Positions 13,549-26,991 of a DNA stretch of 64,000 nucleotides are shown here, piece by piece. Both the position numbers and the translations under genes were made by a program. The notes beneath the pieces are model-generated. The model saw only the letters and a program-made list of their open reading frames with translations, did not search any database and was not told the DNA's origin. The DNA comes from Octopus vulgaris. Taxonomy: Eukaryota. How positions within the stretch are numbered: the stretch's first letter is position 1; every line of letters begins with the position of its first letter. The stretch covers positions 106,888,001 to 106,952,000 of the forward strand of contig OX597819.1 in assembly GCA_951406725.2 (NCBI GenBank), written 5' to 3'.

Positions 13549-13910
13549 TTCAAAGGACATACTAGGTATGTCAACCTGCTCGAAATAACAGTCAAAACTC
13601 TTATTAACTCGCCAAAAATACACCGATGAAAACTACAGAAATTAAACGAAGGCAAAATCAGGTTAAGACAATCTACAGGTTGGGGGTCTCTAATAATGGT
13701 AACACGTGCTGAAGAAGCTAAGGTTTTATTTTACCAATGCAGAAATCGATCTACGTGAGTCCAAATACTTAAATGTATGTTAGTAGATTGTCTTAACCTG
13801 ATTTTGCCTTCGTTTAATTTCTGTAGTTTTCATCGGTGTATTTTTGGCGATTTAATAAGAGTTTTGACTGTTATTTCGAGCAGGTTGACATACCTAGTAT
13901 GTCATTTGAT
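13549..13910. mobile_element. Foldback element: ~128-bp inverted repeats with a hammerhead-containing spacer (PLE pLTR-like)
   Basis: 13549-13676 is the near-perfect reverse complement of 13783-13910. The spacer carries CTGAAGA...GAAATCGATC. Confidence 0.85.
13703..13757 (+). ncRNA. Type I hammerhead ribozyme motif, stem II partly degenerate
   Basis: CACGTG-CTGAAGA-agc taa ggt..acc aat gca-GAAA-TCGA-TC-TACGTG. Stem I CACGTG/TACGTG, palindromic stem III ATCGAT, AUC cleavage triplet. Confidence 0.6.
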
Positions 13911-14024
13911 TAATTTAATCCCTTGGCTATTTAATGCTATCGCTTGTGTCATTGATTCTGTTATTATCATTTTAAAAATTGTTGCATTGGATAATAATAG
14001 AATTAATGACACCTTCGTAAATTA

Positions 14025-14071
<47 letters not shown>

Positions 14072-14119
14072 TATGTATGTATGTGTGTATGAGTATATGT
14101 ACATACAAACACATATACA

Positions 14120-14178
<59 letters not shown>

Positions 14179-14194
14179 TAGAAACAAATAACTT

Positions 14195-15750
14195 TTATCA
14201 ATTCAAATTGAACAATTAAATTGCACCATCTAGGAAATTACATATAAAAGAAATATAAAATATAAAATAACAATAATATACCGATGATTAAATATTGTGC
14301 AAAATGATAAATAGAACGTATATATTTGGTAAAATAACGAGACGTGTTTCGTTATTTAGTTAGTTTATATAATAGTTTTTTGTATATTTGAACCATTTCC
14401 TATTTTTGATTGTATTATTCATGATTAGTAATAGCATTGGTTATATTAATAAGACGCTAAAACCTATTTTTATACATTTAAAATCCAAATAGATTAAATT
14501 AATCGATAAACTTCGTAACGTAGTTTTGTTTATCAATGTCATTTGGATCTTGTATTATATTGAATTTGATTGTTGTTATTATTATTATTGTTATTGACTG
14601 GATCTGTAGTGCACTATCCGTTGTAGTTGAATGTCTTCATAGTGTATTGTTCTTTTGTTCTAATATTTTTCGCACCTTTCTTTAATTTATGGGGCTTAGA
14701 TGTTTTTCTTACTTTCATTAGTAAATAATTTTCGCCATTATATCATTTATATATATATTGATAGTTATAAGTTTCGATAGTTATTAATTATTATATCTAT
14801 TTATTTAGAATGATTTATTATTATTTTTATAAAGGGATCTAACGTATTACATTTAATTGAATTTGAGAATTAATTTTGTGAGACAATATATTATTTAATA
14901 ATTAGGTGGTATATTTCTTAAGTAGTATTAAATTTCAGTAAACTAGGTTTTATATTAATTGATATTTTGGTCAACTATATTTTTTAATGATATATTAAAT
15001 CTATAGAAACTAGACATATATATTAATTATATAGTTAGATTATTATAATGAGTGTGTCTATATTTGAACCATTTCTTATTTTGATTCCCATACTAATGGC
15101 TTGTACTAGCATTGTGTATATTAATCAATTTTAAGGTTTTAGTATTAATTGCTTAATGGGTATTAGACTGTATTTGGATGTTTATTAAAGAAATATATTA
15201 ATTAATAACGTGATTTAATGTATATAATTTAAAGTATTGTATTTAGTTTTCACTTAATGTATATATATATATCAAATAAAATTAAAAACAGAACACAAAT
15301 GACACAAAGGATATCGCGGTAATGTTTTTAATTTTATTTTATATATTCTCTCTCATCTCTGCCACTATCTGGCATATACAGGTGCTTACACTTATCAAGT
15401 ATTCACCCTAAATTTACAGTTATATATATATATATATATATGAATATATTTATATTTTATATTTTAAAAGATTATTTACGTATATCTATTAATTAATTAT
15501 TTTATTATTGTAGTTTATATTTAACCTGATGAGTGGCTATATTTATATCGAAGTGATTTTACTACTACTAATTTTTTTACTATATTCTTAAATATGGCCA
15601 CGAAGCACATGTCGTTATTCTACCAAATATATACGTTTTATTTATTATTTTGCTCAATACTTAATCATCGGTATATTATTTAATATTTAATATTTCTATT
15701 ATAGGTAATTTTCTGGATGGTGTAATTTAATGGTTCATTTTGAATTGATA
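14195..15750 (+). mobile_element. AT-rich non-autonomous Penelope-like element with inverted terminal pLTR segments
   Basis: ~14200-14350 is a diverged reverse complement of ~15600-15745. There is an internal diverged direct repeat (~14385-14450 vs ~15060-15125) and a hammerhead at 15521-15618. Confidence 0.6.
15521..15618 (+). ncRNA. Type I hammerhead ribozyme motif with long stem II
   Basis: AAC-CTGATGA-GTGGCTATATTTA...TAAATATGGCCAC-GAAG-CACATG-TC-GTT. Stem II is 13 bp; GAAA is mutated to GAAG here, but the inverted copy at ~14340-14350 reads CGAAACACGTC. Confidence 0.7.
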
Positions 15751-15831
15751 TATATATTATATTTTGTAAAATTTGATTTAGTATTTATAAATTGAAATTT
15801 TCCATGTAAGTTAGGAATAATATTCCCTCAA

Positions 15832-15896
<65 letters not shown>
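15832..15896. repeat. (ATT)n microsatellite
   Basis: Direct reading. Confidence 0.95.
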
Positions 15897-15903
<7 letters not shown>

Positions 15904-16189
15904 GTTGTTACATCTCAAATCAGAAGAACATACACTATAAAAAGTATAGAGCAGTTATTTATTTGTGTACGTGTAACGTAAGTTTAGAAAAAAAACCATT
16001 AGTTTCATATCTAGCGTGAACTAGACATCTCTGCAGTTTCTCTAAGCAGTAACCGTTCTCTGTAAAGAATGTGTTTTTTAAAACACAAGAACGCCGGTGA
16101 TATTTCAAGAAATAATCCTCATTAAAAATATAACCGGCCGAGTTGTCTTCCGTCACTTGATAGCTAGGTTTTCCAATTTTGAAGTAAAA

Positions 16190-17600
16190 AAAAAATTCCG
16201 AAAATGTGGGCAACTCCCCACGGCTTCTGCCCTGGAGTTAAGGTAGCCTCCTGGCTCATGTGAGTTCATGAGAATTGTAAATCTTTCAGCCAAACAGAAT
16301 TTACACAATCTTGTTCATTACGATAGGTTCACAAGTTTCCAGTAATTTCCACCTGATTGTTAATGGGCGTATGATCGTCCTTTAGGCGCCACACATATGC
16401 CGCAGGTGTTGTTGTGTTGCGTCCTTCCGGGACCCCTGAAAGAAGATCAGTGGTTATTCAGGCGAATTTCAAATCTGGATTCACAGGATATAACATAAGT
16501 TTTAGCTTGTGTCCCTGTGTTGGCATTGATGTTATTGATATTTGTGCTGCTTCCGTTGGAGGCTACCTATGCTTGGTACACTGTAGCGTCGGTGTTACAA
16601 TGGCCATCCACTGGGCATTCTTTCCTAATCGTGCATGAACAACCTACCTCTGTCCGTAAGTAATTTATTCTTGATACCAGGTGCACAACTGAAAGAGATT
16701 CTTAAACTATGCCTATTAAAGATCTTTCTATAGTTGTGTGATCACGTGAAATGCTTAACAACCAACCTAAGAAAAATCTTACCTATGCATGTCAGGACGT
16801 TTAGAGAGAATTGGGGAGCAAACCATAAGCCTTGCGGTGACGTTTCCTTTTATGGTTCATCAATCCAGGTACATATACTATATTCTCTTTGAACCCGCTG
16901 GCCGCTAACGCTTCATTGAAAGCGGGAGCCGCTGCGTCGAAAATATCTTTATTTGGAGATAAGATCGAAATCCGTTTACTGAAACCTTTTATTAATTTTT
17001 TTAACACTATGAGTGGATGGCCGGAGGTTTTATTAATGTACAATAGCCTATCATTCAGTTTACAGTGTGGTCTGTAGGTGCCACTATCTAGGTCCAGCGT
17101 GACATCCAAGAAGATCACCACGATGAGGTTAGTTTCAATGTTGATTTTAAGGTCGAGGTCGTTTAGGGTGTGTATGATGTCTTTTCTAAGCCAATCTAAA
17201 GTATGGCCGTTAGCGCCATTGGAGATGGATAAGGTATTATCTCTATATAAGCTGAAATGTACAGAGGAGAATTTATTAGCTAGGATGTCCAGAATGTAAA
17301 ACCATATAAGGTCGCAAATATCAGTGCTGTCAAACGAGCCTTCAGGGTCAGATCGTTTGACCCAGGTTGAATCCTGGTTGAAAACTAGGGTTTTCCTAGC
17401 TTGCATAATTATATGTATTTCTCTACCACTTATGTCGGTAATTCGTCTAGCATATATTAACGCCCTATCAAGTAACACTTTCGATATCGATGGATTAAAG
17501 TCTAATATATCGAATTGTATGAACTTAGCTCTAAAAGTGTTTCGTTTGGTCTCAAACTAATATAATACCTCGATTGCGTTAAATTAGATACCTTTCTTGT
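16190..17600 (-). mobile_element. Degraded Penelope-like element, Naiad-type (RT + CxC zinc-finger linker + GIY-YIG)
   Basis: ORF 16801..17478(-) has GSFDSTDICDL, LYRDN (YRDD) and FLDVTLDL..YRP. Downstream come ISFSCAP, GCSCTIRKECPVDGHC (CxC-x5-C-x5-C), VYQA, RFEIRLNNH, CKFCLAER and LNSRAE..CPH. Confidence 0.8.
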
Positions 17601-17632
17601 CTTTATTAACCATTTCTTACGTTACTCATACG

Positions 17633-17664
<32 letters not shown>

Positions 17665-19129
17665 GTATGCAGTTGGTATATTCTATACTCGCTACTTCAA
17701 TACTTATTGAGCTCAGTTCAAGTGGGCCAATCATTTAAAGGATTTTCCGGATCGAACTTGAGAAATGATTTTAATTCAAACCGAAGCCAGAAAAGTATCC
17801 AGGAATACAATGTCACAAGCTTTTGATATATCGTTTTTGTACTAATGTTGTTCCTGTGGTTAATCATTATATAAAATGTGATGATTATAATAAACCAGTC
17901 TGAAAAAATATATCGCTCATAACGCAATATGGACTGATTAGTGAAATGATGCTGCTAAACTATTTTGTACTATATATATATATATAGAACCGGATCATCC
18001 TAGCAATTTCGACTGATTAATCTTGAGATCACTCCGATCCGGCCAGCCCCAAGGAAAAACTAATCTATGAGCATTAGATTTCTTGGAAGAAGGATCGAAT
18101 GTATACGAAACAGGGACGGAAAAACGGACGATGCCACACGAATATAAAATACAAAAAACAATAATGGTAAAAACAGGACAAAAACAGCGGGTGTCTTACG
18201 ACTAATAAACAGTACAACAAGTTTAGCTGGCGTATTTTGAAAAAATGCCTTTATCGGCAGACGAAGACAACAGATGTTCTCACGGCGCTGTTCCAAGGCC
18301 AAAAGGCCGATTTTGACCAGCGGTCACGTGACAGAAGAAAGGGGGCAAAGGAATCAAAAAGAGAGAGAAAGAGGGACGAAGGCAACAAGGGGGGAGAAGA
18401 GAGAGAAAGAAGGAATTAAAGAGGGGAGAAGAAAGAGTGCGTGCCAAGGAAGGCTAGTGAGTGCAAGGTGAGAAAGACAGAGAAATGTGAGAAAGTGGGG
18501 GGAAAAGTACACCAAAGAATCAGAGGCAAGAAAAGAGAAAAGGAGAAGTAGAGGGAGAGAGAGAAAAGGGGACAGATCAAAGTAGAGTGCAAAGTGTGAA
18601 AGCAGAGAAATGTAGGAGAGAGAGACAGTGTGTAGAGTCGTACCAAATTTTATAGGAATATGTACTTACATATAAGGCCAACGAGGGTACGGACGCCGCT
18701 ATATATATTATTTTATGTAGAAAAATACAAACTGGGACAAGAACGTAAAACATTTAGAAGACGATACAAAAAACACGGACGGGACATTCGAAGCCTTCAA
18801 TCATATATATATATATATAATTGATACAAAAGGTACACTGAACTTGAAGGAATGAAAAGTAGAATGGTCATGTTAATTTGTTTCGCTACACACCAAAGAG
18901 ACATTTTTTTCTTGAACACGGGTCTCAAATGAAACCTTCAACTGTTGTAATGCATATACGAAAAACGGTGCAGCATGGATTAACGATAAACCTAGAAAAT
19001 AAACATTGTACCAACGAAGCACTCCTTTTGATATAATGGACGAACTTTCTCTCCACGTACTTGGCTTTATTTCTATGGAAACAGTATCATTTAAACAATA
19101 TCTTATATAGCCTGCCGATAAACTAGAGC

Positions 19130-19300
19130 GTCACAATGCCTCAAGATATTTCTTCTGACATTTTATCTCTTCAATTCAAATCCTGCTGGTGTGTATATTG
19201 CGTTCGTTGAAATAAGGTACCGGTTAAGTACTAGGGTTACTGATATCGACAAATCCCTTCCACTAAAGTTGCTGGCCTTGTACCTAAATCAGCAACAATT
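19130..19300 (+). mobile_element. Old SINE family A copy
   Basis: TTCAAATCCTGC (B-box-like), AAGGTACCGGTTAAGTACTAGGGTT, and TTGCTGGCCTTGTACCTAAA tail similar to other copies. Confidence 0.55.
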
Positions 19301-20181
19301 ATTAAAACATTTGAATTTGAATTAAATAATATTTGTAATATTAGCACAAAGACTTATTGAATCTACGATTTTGTTTTATCGTTTGCTCAACATGTATTAA
19401 TGTAATTTCAAAGAGCGAGGAAAGGAAACGTTATTTTCAATACAAGCTTATTAGGATTTGTTTAATTTCCTGTTTACCATTCAAGAATGACCTTTTCGTA
19501 AAACGAACAACAAAAATGAACGCAAATTACTTTACATTGCAGCATATGGACTAATCAACCAAGATTGATGAACTGAAGTTGACAAAGATCTGCTTAGATG
19601 AGCTATTCACATATTGTCGGATTTCACCACTGTTTTGTTGATTTTATTTTTTCATACAGTTGTTGCCGTCCATATCACTTCAAAATGATATTGTTGCTAT
19701 TTTAATCATGGAGAAATCGTTATCAGAGTTCGGTGCAATACTATACAAAGGTTTAATTAAATTTCTATTGTGGTGTTTATTCCACGTAGAGTTGGACTGA
19801 TACAATATTCGTGCGAAATTAATTTCGTATCTCTCATAATTTGCATAACTATGGTTTCACTTGTTTGTAATTCAAGGGCGGCGGTAAACGCTATACGTAG
19901 CTACACAGTGCATTTTTTCATCCTTTAATGCATCTCTTTAGATGCTTCATTCTTCTGAGTTCAAGCTTTGAGACGTTGCGCCTCATTTAGAAATCGATAT
20001 TTTCATGTGGATTCTAATCTTGGAGCAAACATGTTAATGGATGAAAATTGCTGCAGTTAATTTTGACTTTCTCTCGTAAACATTGGCTAAAAAAAGAGAC
20101 ATCTCTAATGTGATTCTGTTAATTTAATCAACTCTATGATGCACCCAAAATGTGTGGTTTTATTATGCTAATATTTGACCT

Positions 20182-20228
20182 CAATTTAATTCACACTGAC
20201 ACTTAATTGAATTTAATGAAAGAGGCTT

Positions 20229-20309
<81 letters not shown>

Positions 20310-20382
20310 CATACACACACACACACACATATATATAACGCCTTTCATTAAATTCAATTAAGTGTCAGTGTGAATTAAATTG
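20182..20382. repeat. Perfect 41-bp inverted repeat enclosing a (TA)n tract
   Basis: CAATTTAATTCACACTGACACTTAATTGAATTTAATGAAAG (20182-20222) is the exact reverse complement of 20342-20382. Confidence 0.9.
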
Positions 20383-20410
20383 CGGCCATAGATCTTCATA
20401 TCTTCATATA

Positions 20411-20471
<61 letters not shown>

Positions 20472-20735
20472 ATGCACATATAGTCTTACATACACACTTA
20501 AAACCATACATATATATATATATATTTAACAATTAAGGATAAAATCTTAATAAGGAATCTTAAGAAATTATCAGGTAGTTAGCGTGAAAAACCTCATAAG
20601 AGAAAAAATCCGAAAATAGTTTTTTTCACTTGAAAATATTTATTTATATCTATACAATATAAACATATATATATATTACGGAGATGTACTCGCATAGCAA
20701 GTAATTTGATCTGAGATCGTGTGCTGAAACGAAAA

Positions 20736-21035
20736 CAATTGCAGCGTGGAAGGTGTTTATAAGCCATTTAAGAAACACAAAAAAGCCGTTCGATTCACTT
20801 CAACATTTAAGTTTAATTTGTCAAAATATTTTCGTCGCTAAAATCCGCGACCTGTTCACTGACAAAAATCCGTGCTGCATCTCAGCACGGATGCAGCGCG
20901 GATTTTTGTCAGTGAACAGGTCGCAGATTTTAGCGACGAAAATATTTTGACAAATTAAACTTAAATGTTGAAGTGAATCGAACGGCTTTTGTGTGTTTCT
21001 TAAATGGCTTATAAACACCTTCCACGCTGCAATTG
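20736..21035. repeat. ~300-bp near-perfect palindrome (146-bp arms, 8-nt loop) carrying a hammerhead-like motif in each arm
   Basis: Arms 20736-20881 and 20890-21035 are reverse complements with only a few mismatches. The loop is TCAGCACG. Confidence 0.92.
20905..20954 (+). ncRNA. Hammerhead-like motif with G3:C8 swapped core (mirror copy on minus strand 20817-20866)
   Basis: TTTGTCA-GTGAACA-G-GTCGC-agatttta-GCGAC-GAAA-ATAT-T-T-TGACAAA. Stem I 7 bp, stem II 5 bp, palindromic stem III AATATT. The core is GUGAACA instead of CUGANGA. Confidence 0.65.
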
Positions 21036-21099
21036 CATATATATATATATATTTATATCTATACAATATAAACACACATATATATATATATATATAGGA

Positions 21100-22967
<1,868 letters not shown>

Positions 22968-23059
22968 GTATATTAATATATAGACATATACATTTATATA
23001 CTTATATTAATCCCATGATGAATTTAGCATTAAGATATTTAATTTCTTTACATGTTAAG

Positions 23060-23270
23060 GGCGGTGAGCTGGCGGAGTCCTTAGTACGTGGGACAAAGTG
23101 ATATAAAGAGTTTCTTTCGTCTTTACATTCCCAGTTCGAATTCTACCGAGGTCGACTTTGCCTTTCAATCCATTCGGGATTGATAAAATAAGTATCAGTT
23201 GAACACTAGAGGCGACGTGATCGACTTTCCCTCTTCTCCCGGCATTAATGGCTATGTATCAATATTTGTA
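23060..23270 (+). mobile_element. SINE family A
   Basis: GGCGGTGAGCTGGCGGAG head, GTTCGAATTCT B-box, and GAGGTCGACTTTGCCTTTC..GATAAAATAAGTATCAG central domain. Confidence 0.85.
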
Positions 23271-23534
23271 TCTGCGTTTCGTTCCCTGAAGTGTGAATAA
23301 ATATTTTGGTGAACGAAGAAGAATGACAACAACAATTATCCTTTCTCTAAGTAAAAAACTAGGGAGCTTCTATGTGGCCGTTTGCGCTGTTAGACCTTGC
23401 ACTCAAATCTTTTTCATCTTACACTCCAATGATAAATCGTTTGCATGATATCATCGAATGAACTAAAATTGTATCTATAAATAAGTGATCGTCACAACGT
23501 GGATACATTTGGTTTTTCAAACTGCTAGATTCCA

Positions 23535-26500
23535 ACACCTCGTCGTAGTTCCTGTGGTGATGGCAACAGTCTGATATTGCTTCATTAAGTTATACCGTCT
23601 GATGAAAGAGACGTTTTCCACCCCTGGCCATGGAAAGGAAGATAGACTCCGGTAATCTGGCAGTGTCACTCTAGGCGAGCTGCTTGATATTGTACCCAAA
23701 CTGGTTACTTGCATGGTGAGCAGCATAGCAGGTGTGAAACCTTGGAAGAAGAACAGTCAATCTAGTCAACGGTAAGGTGCACAAAATGCTGCACAGAGAA
23801 ATCCAAAACAGATCAATGGCCAGGGTCAACCAGTTCAGTCAGAGAAATACTGCGACCAATAATAGACATGGCTCACACTGATGATTATACCAAGCTATCG
23901 AAAGACTAGTCATGACTGTAGATGATTCCAGAAACTCATACCGCGTCGATCATTGCGCTGGTTACCAAGGGTCGTGACCAGGGGCGCCAGTTCTGGCACC
24001 TGCATAGCACCAGCTACAGAACCAAAACTAAATTCGATATTTGCATTATGCAACCATCCTTTTATAGTATCGACTTTCGATGTAACAACTTTGAAATTTA
24101 TATCTCAAATATGAGAACTTGCTGCATCGGCTATCAACTTTCATATTGACATCTTGTGAGTACAGGAACATCGTCTCTTCCATGATGATCACGATTTAAA
24201 GCATCATGAACACAATAACAACTGGACTTTGTGTCCGTGGAAAAATTCTATTAATAGCACCATCGGCGGTGTTGGTTTATTATTCAACCTGCGTACCCTG
24301 AAATCACTAAACAGCATTGAGTGGATAACGTCTTGAATAATAGTTGCCAATTTCAACGGTAACCCTTCTACTACTGCCACGTGCAGCAACAGCCCAAAAA
24401 ACGTCAGCGATGAACTAGAGGTCATAAATTTTTACAATGATTTATCGTCTCTTGTGCGATCTATACCAAAACACATCCTCATCAAGACGATGATATGAAT
24501 GCACAATACGGCCATGACAATCCCCATCATAAGAACGCATTCCATTAAACCTCAAACCGAAATGGAGTACACTTGGAGCACGTCTTGGTACAAAACAAAC
24601 TTCAATGCCTGAACACTCATTTTCAGAAGAGACCGAGAAAGAAGTGGACCCATACTTTCCCAAATGGATTCAAAGTTCAACAAACCATCTTATCATGAAC
24701 AAAATGTGGATTAACAGCTGCCACAACTGCGAAGCATACAATTTCTTTATTGCATCACCTGACCATCCAGTGGTAACGTCTAAACTTCAGTTAAGCCTCC
24801 AAGCAAATAAGATAAAAGAAACCTCAAGACCACCCTACAACTGGGCTATTCTGACATACAACAAGAAAGTCCGAAATGATTTCACTATCAAACTCAACAT
24901 GTAAACGAAAATCACACACCAAACAGAACATATCTCAACTGCATCCAAGCTCATTGTGAGACTGATGAAAGATGTATCTCTTTGAGACCAAAACTGAAAC
25001 AAAGAGTCCCCTGGAAAAGCGATACATTGCTCGCAAAAAGAATTACCTTGACGAAAATAACCAAACAACATATCAGGAGTCCTACGATAAGAAACTTAAG
25101 GCGCAGAAAGAACTTAATGTATTATATCAGAATGAATGTATTATATCAAAAATACATTCAAAGCCAAATCGACAAAACCAAAAACGCAGCAGACAACAAA
25201 CAATCTTCCTTGGTCTGGTGAGAGTAAATGAAGTGAGTGGTCGGAAGAAATCCTTCAAAACGAAATTGAAAGCGTCTAACTTACATGAGAGACTGAGTAA
25301 GTGGAAAGTAAGTGGAACCATTGAATTGTTAGAGAGGTCCTGGATATCAAACAGGGACCTTTCTCAATAGAAGAGCTTGAGTCGTACTGTGGAAGACCGG
25401 AAACCGAAAGGCTGCATGACTGGGTGACATCCCTCCTGAAGTCTACAAAACTGGCAATTTCAATGACATTATTCTCAAATCTTGCATCTCAGTATATCAT
25501 CAAAGCGAGATAAAAGTTGCAACAGAAGGATGTGTTCTACCTTTACCCCAAAAAAGGTTATCTAATCCTTGCAATAAACTACAGAGGAATTATTAACACC
25601 AATTTCAGCGAAGACTTACAATGCATTGCTACTCAATCGAATCCAACATCTAATTCAAAGAGTTCTTGGGAAAATATTCAAAATGGATTCAAGAAGAACC
25701 GCTATACATCTGGTGAAATTCTTACAGTTAGGACGATGTTAGAAGGAGTACGAGACAAAAGTCTTAATGTAGTTTTGCTCTTTATTGATTTCTCCAGGGC
25801 CTTTGACTCTTACACAGAGATAAGATAGCAGAAATCCTTAGGATATATGGAATCCCTGATGAAACAATAGAGGCAGTAATGATGCTGTATAGAAACATCC
25901 GAGTCAAAGTGCGGTCACTAGATGGAGATACTGGCTTCGATGTTTATGCAGGAGTATTGCAGGGTGACACACTTGTTCCTTACTTGTTTATCCTGTGTCC
26001 CGATTACGTATTGTGTACCTCAATAGGTCAATAAAATGATCTGGGTTTCACTCTACAGAAGTCTAGAAGCAGAAGATATCCGGCCTCCTACTTGACTGAT
26101 GCTGATTATGCTGATGATATAGAGCTTATCGCAGACAACACGAAAGATGCTGAACGTTTACTCTATCACCTGGAAAATGTTACTGCTAACATAGGACTAT
26201 ATGTGAATGAAAAGAAGGCAGAATTTTTCACCCTAACACAACAGGACCATAAAACAGAATCCCTAGAAAATTGTCAACGAGTTTACTTATCTAGGCAGCC
26301 TTATCGTGTCCACGGAAAAAGATATTAAATCTCCCGATGCTATAGTTTGGGCAGCTATAGACGGTCTTAGAACAGATAGTTTGAAGAGACAGTTCTTCAG
26401 AGCAGTTGCTGAATCTGTGCCTGTATATGGACTTCCGACTTGGACTCTCACCAAGAGACTCAGGTGCATGCTGGACGGCGCCTACACTAGAATGTTACGT

Positions 26501-26795
26501 GCAGTGTTCAACATCTCTTGAAAGAAGCACCTAACAAAACAACGGCTATAGGGGAATGTATCAACTTTCTCATCAACCATCCAAGGACGGAGATTGAGTA
26601 TTGCTGGTCACTACTGGAGAAGTAAAGAACTTGTGAGTAATGCGTTGCAGTGGACACCAAACCATGATACCACATTGGCTGGAGGACGTTGCAGAAGATG
26701 TTGGATGCCAAGATGAAGACCTAAAAGCAATAATGGATGATCGGGGGGGGGGGGTAGCCAGGGTGGCCCGGGCAATCGGTCTGAGTGGATGATGT
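23535..26795 (+). mobile_element. Near full-length but decayed RTE-clade LINE (APE endonuclease + RT)
   Basis: Endonuclease remnants (VQEHR, GGVGLL, SPDHPVV) at ~24100-24800. RT motifs NYRGI, QNGFKKNRYT, LFIDFSRAFDS, GVLQGDTLVPYLFIL, TDADYADDIELI, YLGS and LDGAYTRMLR. Many stops and frameshifts. Confidence 0.88.
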
Positions 26796-26904
26796 CTAGA
26801 TAAAAGAAACTGCTAGAAATAGGAGACAGACTTTCCTAAATACATTCGTTAACATCAATAGTAGAGGATGGGATAAAACATTCAGTAACTGAATAATATA
26901 AAGT

Positions 26905-26991
26905 GTTCACTGAAGATCCATTGCGGGTCACCATCTATATGCATTTAGAATGTCTATCGTAGGGCCATAATAGTGAAACGCGCGTAGAAAC
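26905..26991 (+). ncRNA. Degenerate hammerhead motif
   Basis: CTGAAGA (26910), imperfect long stem II, then GAAA-CGCGCG-TA-GAAAC (palindromic stem III ACGCGCGT, GUA site). Stem I is damaged. Confidence 0.4.

Noticed and set aside
16090-16140. Possible hammerhead at the 3' end of the Naiad element (TAATGA...GAAATATC)
   Set aside because: Core is degenerate and stem I is not adjacent to the core, so it cannot be supported by eye.
17986-18805. Purine-rich repeat pieces and short ORFs between TA tracts
   Set aside because: Probably pLTR-like dispersed repeat fragments, but I could not identify a coding motif or complete ribozyme, so no call is made.
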